Assembly (NCBI GenBank): GCA_049472335.1
Contig: JBLIRO010000028.1
Span: forward strand, 1-58,511
DNA: 58,511 bases
Source: a bacterium
GTDB taxonomy: Bacteria > SZUA-182 > DTGQ01 > JAFGSM01
Reading direction: 5' to 3'
Position 1 is the first letter of the stretch. Every line of letters begins with the position of its first letter. The translations under genes were made by a program, and so were the position numbers. Of this stretch, positions 10,060 through 18,535 are shown piece after piece. Below the pieces are notes generated by a model. The model saw only the letters and a program-made list of their open reading frames with translations, was not told the origin of the DNA and searched no databases.

Positions 10060-10458
10060 TTACAAGAATGCAAGTGCTGACGCCCACCAGGGTGGCCCGG
10101 TATAAATGGGGAAAAATGATGAAGTAACACCAAAGTACGGCAGGTCCCATTCCCATGGTTCATATGGATAAAAATCATATGGATATGGCTGCCAGTACCA
10201 ATAATAATCATCAAAGTCAAAGAGGCCATAAGTATATGAAGGGTACAGGAAGGACCCCGGGGTCCCAAAGAGAGAGGTAACACCAAAGGTGCCCCCAAAG
10301 GAAGGCAAAACACCAAATCCTGAAAAGATACTGGCATAGGGATCACTTATAGCTGCTGGCCATAAATTGAGTTGGGCATTTGTTTCTATACAAAAAATTC
10401 CCATCAATACAATTATAATAAAACTTATTAATAATGTATTCCATAATTTTTTTCTCAT
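10060..10458 (-). CDS. Small secreted aromatic-rich (Tyr/Trp/Phe/Pro) low-complexity protein
   Basis: GAGGGG RBS, signal ends TNA-Q, mature part e.g. DDYYWYWQPYPYDFYPYEPWEW. Confidence 0.65.
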   Translation of the reverse strand: MRKKLWNTLLISFIIIVLMGIFCIETNAQLNLWPAAISDPYASIFSGFGVLPSFGGTFGVTSLFGTPGSFLYPSYTYGLFDFDDYYWYWQPYPYDFYPYEPWEWDLPYFGVTSSFFPIYTGPPWWASALAFL

Positions 10459-11132
10459 AATACCCCTCTTTTCTTAAATTTTTGACTAAACAGTTAATTA
10501 AATCCCCTTTTTATATTATTATTTTTTTTCCCCCTATCACCTCCTTTCCTTTCGTCCGGTTTAAGCTGGAAACCGGGTCTGATCATTTTCTGATTTTTTA
10601 AAAACATTTACAGAATCATCTGGTGGTTGCACCTTTTAACCACATGATCAGAAAATAATTGAACGAGGTCCCTTTACAGGGAACAAATATGGTAAAATCC
10701 TGGACATCAGTTGCACCCTGTATCAACAACAGCCAGGACGTTCTCAGATTCATATAAAACCAAAAAAAATTTATATATATTATAAGCTTAATAAATTTAA
10801 AAATATTGACCTTTTTCCGCTTTTTATTGAATTTTTTTCGTATGTGATGAGCATCTGATATTAAATTATCTGTTTTTTTACAAGGATGAACAAATACTTT
10901 TCCTGTGCTTTTACCAGTTTTATTTATTATTAACAATAATTGAATTCGCTTGAAGATGAGGAAATTTTTCAATAAATGGAGGAAGCAAGGCCTTAGATAG
11001 TCAATAAAAATTATTTATAATAAAAATATAAAAGTTTACTAATGTTTTCGTAGAATTCATTCATGGCGAGTCACTGAAAAAGCTATCCATATAAGACAGG
11101 CAGGTAATTCCCATGGAGAGGAGGATAACGTC

Positions 11133-11591
11133 ATGAACAAATTACACATGAAAAACATATTGGATATCTTCAGGGATAAGGAGAGGAAGGGGATGTCGAC
11201 CGGACCGGGGATCAGGGTTTTGCTGGTTAATTGTTCAGATTCCGAGATGCAATCCATACGTTATGAAATTGAAAAAGGCAAGGGATTTAAAGTTGTAGGT
11301 ATGGCCAGGGACGACCATCAGGCAAGGCAGATGGTGAAATCCCTTAAACCGGACCTGCTCATCATGGACATCCTTGATCCTCGATCCGGAGGAATCGGAT
11401 TTCTGAAAAGGCTTCAGCATTTCCATCCTATACCTGTCATATTGATCAGCCCTGTGAGCAAGATGACTTTTCGAATGGCTGTCTCAGCCTTTGAACTGGG
11501 AAACATCCGGATTATAGATAAAGACTCTCTGGATATCTTTCGGAAAAATGGCAAAACATCCCAAGGGCTACAGTTTTTTCGGACAGATTAA
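11133..11591 (+). CDS. Stand-alone CheB-type receiver domain (no methylesterase domain)
   Basis: IRVLLV...FKVVGMARD...LKPDLLIMDI...GIGFLKRL...PIPVILIS matches the CheB REC pattern. The acidic DD pair is replaced by NC. Confidence 0.7.
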   Translation: MNKLHMKNILDIFRDKERKGMSTGPGIRVLLVNCSDSEMQSIRYEIEKGKGFKVVGMARDDHQARQMVKSLKPDLLIMDILDPRSGGIGFLKRLQHFHPIPVILISPVSKMTFRMAVSAFELGNIRIIDKDSLDIFRKNGKTSQGLQFFRTD

Positions 11592-11664
11592 ATCGGCCGT
11601 TTCTTTAAATTTCATAATATAAAATAAACTGCATAAGCACATTTGTGGCATGGAAGGGATTACT

Positions 11665-12813
11665 ATGCAGTCAAAGTCATTAATTTATATCATACTGGTC
11701 ATCGTTATTATCCTTGTAGGATTATATATTTTTTTTCCTCCCGGTTATCTGACAGGATTGCTGCCTGCACCCTTCGACCTTGAAAAAAATCTGGAAAAGA
11801 TAAAACTTCCCAAGGGATTTAAGATAGAAATATATGCAAGGGATGCAGAAAATGCCCGATCCATGTGTTTGGGGCCGGAGGGGGTTCTTTTTGTAGGATC
11901 ACGAAAGGCTGGGAATGTATACGCAATCCCGGACAGGAATCATGATAATAAAGCCGACAAGGTGATAACACTATTTAAAGATCTCGACACTCCCAACGGG
12001 ATTGCCTACAGGAACGGCTCCCTGTATGTATCGGAAATAAGCAGAATATTGCGATGGGACCATATAAATGATTCCCTGGAAAATCCGGGCAAACCGGTGG
12101 TAGTAAATGACAGTTTGCCTTCGGACACATGGCACGGATGGCGGGTGATCCGCTTTGGGCCCCGAGGAAAGCTATATATATCCATAGGCGCTCCTTGTAA
12201 TGTATGTTTACGGGAGGATAAACGATATGCCACTATAATGCGGATGGATGCTGATGGGAGCGGTCTGGAAATCTTTGCCGAAGGGATACGGAATAGTGTA
12301 GGATTTGATTGGGATCCTGAAAACCATCAGTTATGGTTCACTGATAACGGGCGGGACTGGATGGGTGACGATAAACCGCCGGATGAATTGAATCATGCTT
12401 CTTCAAAGGGAATGCATTTTGGGTTTCCATACTGTCATGGAAAGGATATTGAGGACCCGGAATATAATGATAGTCCCTGCTCGGAATTCACCTCTCCGGA
12501 ACTCGATCTGGGGCCCCACGTGGCAGCCTTGGGGATGCGTTTCTATACGGGGGATATGTTTCCTGAGAGATACAGGGGGGGGATCTTTATCGCAGAGCAC
12601 GGTTCCTGGAACCGAAGTATTCCCATCGGTTACCGTATCATGTTTGTCAGGATGGTTAACAATAGCCCTGTATCTTATGAAATCTTTGCTGAAGGCTGGT
12701 TAGAGGAAAGTCTCGCATGGGGGCGCCCCGTGGATGTACATGTCATGCCGGATGGTGCTATTCTGGTATCCGACGACAAGGCAGGGGCCATTTATAGAAT
12801 CAGCTACGAATGA
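11665..12813 (+). CDS. Glucose/sorbosone dehydrogenase family beta-propeller protein
   Basis: IKLPKGFKIEIYA, GIRNSVGFDW, DNGRDWMGDDKPPDELN, HGSWNR, GRPVDV, VSDDKAGAIYRI; N-terminal TM. ORF open from 11650. Confidence 0.88.
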   Translation: MQSKSLIYIILVIVIILVGLYIFFPPGYLTGLLPAPFDLEKNLEKIKLPKGFKIEIYARDAENARSMCLGPEGVLFVGSRKAGNVYAIPDRNHDNKADKVITLFKDLDTPNGIAYRNGSLYVSEISRILRWDHINDSLENPGKPVVVNDSLPSDTWHGWRVIRFGPRGKLYISIGAPCNVCLREDKRYATIMRMDADGSGLEIFAEGIRNSVGFDWDPENHQLWFTDNGRDWMGDDKPPDELNHASSKGMHFGFPYCHGKDIEDPEYNDSPCSEFTSPELDLGPHVAALGMRFYTGDMFPERYRGGIFIAEHGSWNRSIPIGYRIMFVRMVNNSPVSYEIFAEGWLEESLAWGRPVDVHVMPDGAILVSDDKAGAIYRISYE

Positions 12814-13178
12814 GGCAATACATTCTGCAGCCTGGACCGGGTCTTAATATTACTGGAGACTGACAACCGTTGTAGAAACTTACAAAGCCGTGGTGGGGAG
12901 CATTTTTACAAAAACTGGTCCCACCGGTCAAGCCTCATCCAGGTCAGAAACACTCCAGATATGAAATTTCAGACAGTAAGTCAGCTTAGTCAACAACGTC
13001 CACGGTTATTAAAGGAAAAACATCAAAAAAAAGTGGAAACAACCGATTTTTTTCTAATGTTAAATTATATATTATTTTATTTAGATAATAAGCAGCAGTC
13101 ATGATTTAAAAAATAAGATTGTTATAGAACGGTTTTGCATTATCCTTCTGTCAAAATTGGTGCTATCCGGAAAAGGGC

Positions 13179-13550
13179 ATGTCTGTCGAAAAGATAATGA
13201 TTGTGGATGATAATCTGAAATTTTTAAGAGAGCTTAAGGAGAGCCTGGAGTTATACGGATATCAAATTATATGTGTTCAGGAAGGTAAATCCGTTTTGGA
13301 TATTAGCCTTGAGCAAAAACCGGATTTAATCATTCTTGATCTTAAAATGGAAGGGGTGAGCGGATTACAGATCGCAGACATCCTTACACATACATCGCAG
13401 ACCCATTACATTCCCATTATTATCATGAGCGCATTCTGGACCAGCGACAATATGAAAGAGGCCATGGAATTTCATGAAATCAAGGCATGCTTGATAAAGC
13501 CTTTCAAGGTAAAACAACTCATCTTTGAGATAGAAAAGGTGTTGAAATAA
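13179..13550 (+). CDS. Single-domain response regulator
   Basis: IMIVDD, PDLIILDLKM, IIIMSA, IKPF. Confidence 0.9.
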   Translation: MSVEKIMIVDDNLKFLRELKESLELYGYQIICVQEGKSVLDISLEQKPDLIILDLKMEGVSGLQIADILTHTSQTHYIPIIIMSAFWTSDNMKEAMEFHEIKACLIKPFKVKQLIFEIEKVLK

Positions 13551-13643
13551 TATATTACAGTACCTGGATAATATATTGGAGATTTTTGTCCTGTAGAGGG
13601 ATTTAAATCTGTTATAAAAATTAGACAGGAGGAGGCCGTTAAA

Positions 13644-14117
13644 ATGCTTAAGCCCGATTTAAAAAGTTTGACTGGTGAATCAAAGAAAGACTGGCATATT
13701 TTTATAGTAACTGTCAATAGTCAAGGGATTCCCTGTATTTCTTATGCAGATCAACTTATAGCAGTGTCAGGAAAAGAGTTGGTGCTGGAATGTTGTTCCT
13801 GTTCCGAAATCATGGCCAATCTTTGGGAGAATTCATCAATAAAGATTGTGGTTTGGAATAGTAGAAATGGTTCAGGGTTTCAATTGGAGACTCGATTGCT
13901 CCAAAAAAAGGAAATACCGAAAATGGACGGTAATACTTTTATAAGAGATTGTAATGGTTCGGAATCTCATGTTCGAATGTACCTGCTTGTTGAAATCGAA
14001 AAAATAATAAAGATTAAGAAAATATCACATACGAGAGGAATGATTGCCGGGCCGGGTTGGATTGAGTATTCAGGTAAAAAGATCGTTTTGGGAGCAGAAA
14101 GGGTGAATCAGCTATAA
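13644..14117 (+). CDS. Pyridoxamine 5'-phosphate oxidase-like (split-barrel) protein, divergent
   Basis: IFIVTVNSQGIPCIS...NLWENSSIKIVVW...GFQL pattern. Confidence 0.5.
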   Translation: MLKPDLKSLTGESKKDWHIFIVTVNSQGIPCISYADQLIAVSGKELVLECCSCSEIMANLWENSSIKIVVWNSRNGSGFQLETRLLQKKEIPKMDGNTFIRDCNGSESHVRMYLLVEIEKIIKIKKISHTRGMIAGPGWIEYSGKKIVLGAERVNQL

Positions 14118-14233
14118 CTGAAAAAATGTCTTTCCTGGAATGATATCATTATCAGGGTCCTCCACTTTGATCTCCGGTGAATGGTCTATATTCTCCTTTC
14201 AAAAATACGGATGAAGGGGGGCATGACTTTCCA

Positions 14234-14734
14234 TTATTCAACTATTACCTTACCCTTCATATAGGAATGCGGTTCACAATGGTATTCATAAGTTCCTTCC
14301 GTTTCAAAGATGTAGCTGAAAGTCCAACCCTTAGCAAGGTTGCCGCTGCTGAACAGTTCATCATCACTGGTTACGCTATGAAATGTCCTGTCTTTGTTTA
14401 TCCAGGTAACTTTTGTGCCTGCTTGAATCTTCAATGTCGCCGGAGAAAATCTGAAATTGACTATTTCCACCATGTATTTTTCTTCAGACTCTTTTTCCTC
14501 TACCGGTTTTTCCTCCGGCTTTGACGCCTCTTCGGGTTCTGGGCCGGATTTTGATATTTCTCCGGTTTTTGGCTCTGGTTTCGGTGGCTCCTCGGGAGTT
14601 TTGACAGACTCGGTCACCTTTCCGGTTTTTGGTTCGGGAGAAACCATAGAGGATTCATAACCCTGCATTCCGCATGACAGCACAGTAAATGATATCAATG
14701 AGACTATAAAAAGAATGGTTATTGATCTTCGCAT
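14234..14734 (-). CDS. Lipoprotein with Pro/Glu/Lys linker and cupredoxin (plastocyanin/amicyanin-type) domain
   Basis: Lipobox VLS-C, FSPATLKI.AGTKVTWIN, type-1 Cu ligands H(SVT) and YHCEPHSYM. Confidence 0.88.
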   Translation of the reverse strand: MRRSITILFIVSLISFTVLSCGMQGYESSMVSPEPKTGKVTESVKTPEEPPKPEPKTGEISKSGPEPEEASKPEEKPVEEKESEEKYMVEIVNFRFSPATLKIQAGTKVTWINKDRTFHSVTSDDELFSSGNLAKGWTFSYIFETEGTYEYHCEPHSYMKGKVIVE

Positions 14735-15265
14735 GACATACTCCTTTCTTACTTAATATATGATCATCTTTTTAAACAGCTTTGTTAAATGTGATATCTG
14801 TTTTGCATATTCAGATATGCTTGTTTTATTAAAGGCTTTATCTAATATGATATATGTTTCACCATCATAACCATATTCCATATTTATTATTTTAAGGCGA
14901 ATACTTTTGGAAAAAAATGTTATTTTTCCTCAAATTATTGATATTTTTCCATAAAAAGTAATATAGCCGCCATAATCCAATCCCGTTTGTTATATTTAAT
15001 CGCGGGCTTATTTCAGGGAATTTTTATTTATTAACAATTAAAAAAGAAGCATTCATTTTTAAAGAATTTAAATCTTAAATAAAGAAATGCATTGATTCAT
15101 TTAAACTGAATTTCATAAGGTTATTAAAAGTGGAAAATAATCAAAAAAAAGAGGAAAAAGGATATTGTTATTTTATTTTTATATAATATATTATATTAAT
15201 AAGGTTTTGCACGCCTTTGATCAACCCCCCCTCATATTTTTTCAATCCTTTAAGGATTGAAAGCT

Positions 15266-15306
15266 TTTAAAGGCCATTTAGCAAAAAAAGCTAAATGGCC
15301 TTTAAA
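15266..15306. terminator. Perfect 17-bp inverted repeat, likely bidirectional terminator
   Basis: TTTAAAGGCCATTTAGC-AAAAAAA-GCTAAATGGCCTTTAAA. Confidence 0.7.
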
Positions 15307-15415
15307 TATAAAAGAAAGCCAATCCATAAAGATTCCCGGGTTTTGATTTTTTCATCCTAAGATATTAATTAAAAAGGGAATGTGACCCGAAAGGGAAAAA
15401 ATTGTTTTTGCGAGT

Positions 15416-16171
15416 TTATCTAAAAGACATTCTACTGGATGGAGCTGTTTTTGATGAGTTCATATCTCGTTTTCTGTATTTGGCTGGGGTCATACCTGTA
15501 AATCTTTTGAATGATTTGATAAAGGATTCAGTATTATTGTATCCCAATTTGATGGCCAATTCATTGATATTATATTCACTTTTATCCAGAAACTCCCTGG
15601 CCATTTCTGCCTTGATTTTCAATCGATACTCGTTGAATCCTATACCAGTGTATTCCTTGAAGATTTTGCTGACGTACTTTGGACTCAGGCAAACAAGTTC
15701 GGCGACAGTGCTGAGATTTAAATTCTTGTCGTAATTTTTTTCCACGTAGTATTTTATCCTTTCCACCTTGCCCTTTATACCGGAATCGCTTTTTTTCAAA
15801 ATGCCCCTTTTGGACTTTATCAGCTTCTCGATGCTTTTCTTTATCTGGCCCGCCTGATGGAATTTTTCAACATAGTCGTCAGCATGCTCCTTTAAGGCTT
15901 TTATGGCTATATCCTTGGAGCTGAATCCGGTCAAGATGATTATACCCAGATCGGGAGACATTTCCTTTATCCTTTTAAGGACATGGATGCCGTCCAAACC
16001 AGGCATCATTACATCCAGAATAACCAGGTCTATTTCATTGGGCTGAGCCAGTAACCTCAAGGCATCCTCGCCGCTGGACGCCTGTATGATGCTATAATCC
16101 TCCAGGTATTCGACCAACTCCCTTCTGAAACGCTGGTCATCATCTACAAGCAATATTTTTATAGGAGCCAT
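15416..16171 (-). CDS. Response regulator, REC plus AraC-type HTH (YesN-like)
   Basis: LLVDDD, DLVILDVMMPGLDG, LSTVAELVCLSPKYVSKIFK, LGYNNTESFIKSFKRFTGMTPAKYR. Confidence 0.92.
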   Translation of the reverse strand: MAPIKILLVDDDQRFRRELVEYLEDYSIIQASSGEDALRLLAQPNEIDLVILDVMMPGLDGIHVLKRIKEMSPDLGIIILTGFSSKDIAIKALKEHADDYVEKFHQAGQIKKSIEKLIKSKRGILKKSDSGIKGKVERIKYYVEKNYDKNLNLSTVAELVCLSPKYVSKIFKEYTGIGFNEYRLKIKAEMAREFLDKSEYNINELAIKLGYNNTESFIKSFKRFTGMTPAKYRKRDMNSSKTAPSSRMSFR

Positions 16172-16786
16172 ATTAGATATTCCATTACTTATTAGGTTGA
16201 AACCTGGCTTTTTTCCGGTTAGTTAATTTAATAAAATGTTAAAGAAAATATTGATGAAACACTATCAAAAAATTCGCTGGTCCAGCGTAGATTTTTGGAT
16301 TAAAGCTCAGATGAAAATTATTGTAATGAACAAAATTATTTCCGATTAGGATAACTAATTATATTAGTTTATATAGCTTCATTTTTAATATATCCCGTTT
16401 TGTAACAATTGTCAATAGAACAGTCTTGACAGCATTAATCCTTGACCAAACAGGTTGAGTTATTAAGTTATAAAGCAAGGATCTGTACAAAAAATACTTA
16501 TGCAACATCATGCAATAGAAATAGCTTAATTAAATAATAATTATTTATAAGAGATAAAGGCTATTATAATAAATGTATCTTTTTATTAATAATTATTTTT
16601 TATCAATTTGTATAACATTATTGTTTTTTATGTGACAATCAAGGCTAGTGGAATAAATTGGATATATAATACACTATGTTGCATTGTTTAATATTGTTTA
16701 TGTTCAAGTACTTGATTATAGCATAATAATTCTGAGTATTTTAGTTTATTAGCGAATAATAATATTTTCTCGCTCATCTTATGCGG

Positions 16787-16802
16787 GGGAATATAAATTG
16801 CA
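16787..16802 (+). promoter_or_regulatory. Putative sigma54 (-24/-12) promoter
   Basis: GGGAATATAAATTGCA fits GG-N10-GC and shares AAATTGCACT with the site at 1866. Confidence 0.45.
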
Positions 16803-16990
16803 CTTTCAAAAAATTAAAAAAATAATTCCATAATAAGGACACTCTTCAGCATTTTTATCTGACTTTTACGAAATAAAATTTTGTGCCGGATAAGACCATT
16901 ATTATGAAATTCTAATCAATGATAGAAAAGGTTATTTAAAACCTTCTCTTTTCACTAATGGAAGATTTAATTTGAAAGAAAGGAAGAACA

Positions 16991-18046
16991 ATGAAACACG
17001 CAATGATAAAATATAGGATCCTCTTATTTATGACTGCATTTTTAATCCTTTGTATTTTGGTGAATTTAAACGCCGGGGCCTATTATGCATATCCAATTTA
17101 TGGATATTCAAACCAATCATTAAACTCTCTTTACAAAGATTCATCCCCGGAGTCCCCTGGAAATTCGGTTAATGGTTTATTTCCTGTTTTCCCGTGGGAT
17201 CCTGCAGCAGGAAGCATTTATAGCCTGGGCGGACTTTTTTCCGGATTTGATAATGCTACCACAAATACAGGGATTGGTAACAATAATCAGGCAAATCCCG
17301 CCGGCAATATTCAGAATACTAAATCGGTTAACCCTGAATCTTCAATTTATCCATATGGATTGGCAAATCTTTTCAATCCTCTGTTGGCAGCAGGTTTTCC
17401 ATATTCCGGCTTAAATTATCCGCCAATGGGTTTACCAATAACCGGGCTTTTCCCTGAAATCCTCTCCGTGACATCGGGAATGGGTTTTCCAGGTATGTTG
17501 TTCCCGGGAATCCAAACTTTAGGAGGAGGATTTTCAGGAATGGGACCGTTATGGTTATGGGATACTTCAGCCCTGTTTGCAGGGGGTGGAGAAGGATCGG
17601 ACAATCAGGATATATCACCGCAGCAACCTTCCGATTTGTCTGAAAACCCCAAAAGCCGGCTGCTGAATCCTTTCGGCAACCTAGTATCCGGATTTTCCGC
17701 GGGAGCATTATATAATCCTGCAAGCAGCTTAATCTCTCCGCTTGCTACCATTATCCCGCCTTTTGATTCAACTCTCCGGATGGCGAATCTTAATACTAAG
17801 ATGTATGTGGCAGCTTCAATCGAAGGGGCAAACCAGGCGGTATACATCCTGCTATTGGATAATGGCATGGATTCGGATATATCACTGGAAGATATCCTGG
17901 TAAACGGAATCCATTGCATTAAGGCAACAGATGTCTCAAACACCGAGACCTCCATCAAGCACGGGAAGGATAATTATAGCCTTTCCCTTTACCTGGAGGT
18001 TAATACGGGCAAACCTATTTGGGCATGGAGTGAAAAATGGTGGTAA
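16991..18046 (+). CDS. Secreted protein with long Pro/Gly/Leu/Phe low-complexity region and small C-terminal domain
   Basis: AAGGAAG RBS, signal ends AGA-Y, long low-complexity segment, then a globular-looking last ~85 aa. Confidence 0.7.
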   Translation: MKHAMIKYRILLFMTAFLILCILVNLNAGAYYAYPIYGYSNQSLNSLYKDSSPESPGNSVNGLFPVFPWDPAAGSIYSLGGLFSGFDNATTNTGIGNNNQANPAGNIQNTKSVNPESSIYPYGLANLFNPLLAAGFPYSGLNYPPMGLPITGLFPEILSVTSGMGFPGMLFPGIQTLGGGFSGMGPLWLWDTSALFAGGGEGSDNQDISPQQPSDLSENPKSRLLNPFGNLVSGFSAGALYNPASSLISPLATIIPPFDSTLRMANLNTKMYVAASIEGANQAVYILLLDNGMDSDISLEDILVNGIHCIKATDVSNTETSIKHGKDNYSLSLYLEVNTGKPIWAWSEKWW

Positions 18047-18082
18047 TTAAATTAAAGTAACCATTTAATGCCGGAGTCCATT

Positions 18083-18125
18083 AAAAAGGCGGGGAGTATC
18101 CTGGATAGGGTTGCTCCCCCTTTTT
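18083..18125. terminator. Bidirectional intrinsic terminator between convergent genes
   Basis: AAAAAGGCGGGGAGTATCCT-GGAT-AGGGTTGCTCCCCCTTTTT. Confidence 0.7.
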
Positions 18126-18148
18126 AATTCTGGGTCAACAGAAGGGTT

Positions 18149-18535
18149 TTATGGCGGAATAAGCTCTTTGATCCTGGCCAGCATCGCTGCCATTTTGCAG
18201 GGCTTGTTCAAAACTGCATTCGCCGTTTGGAAAAGCTCTTCTTCTTGGATGAATTTTTCCTTCAACATATCGCAGTTTATAGGACTGCCGGTAAAAACGA
18301 GGATCTTTGTAAGGGTATCGGTCTGCTTGATCTTTTTTAGAATATCCAGTCCGTGCAAACCGGGCAGTTTCAGGTCCAGGATAAGCAGGTCAAATCGATT
18401 TTTTTCAAGCAGTGCTATGCCCTCAATCCCTGTCATTGAATATGAGAAATGATATCCCTCCCTTTCCAGGGTCTCTTTCAGCTCTTCGCACAGCCTGCGA
18501 TCATCGTCGATCATCAGAATTTTCCCCGGCATCAT
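18149..18535 (-). CDS. Single-domain response regulator
   Basis: ILMIDDD, DLLILDLKLPGLHG, VFTG, NKP; overlaps the kinase stop codon. Confidence 0.88.
   Translation of the reverse strand: MMPGKILMIDDDRRLCEELKETLEREGYHFSYSMTGIEGIALLEKNRFDLLILDLKLPGLHGLDILKKIKQTDTLTKILVFTGSPINCDMLKEKFIQEEELFQTANAVLNKPCKMAAMLARIKELIPP

Noticed and set aside
10616..10972. 118-aa minus-strand ORF
   Set aside because: AT-rich, TTG start, no recognisable motif, and it overlaps putative regulatory sites.
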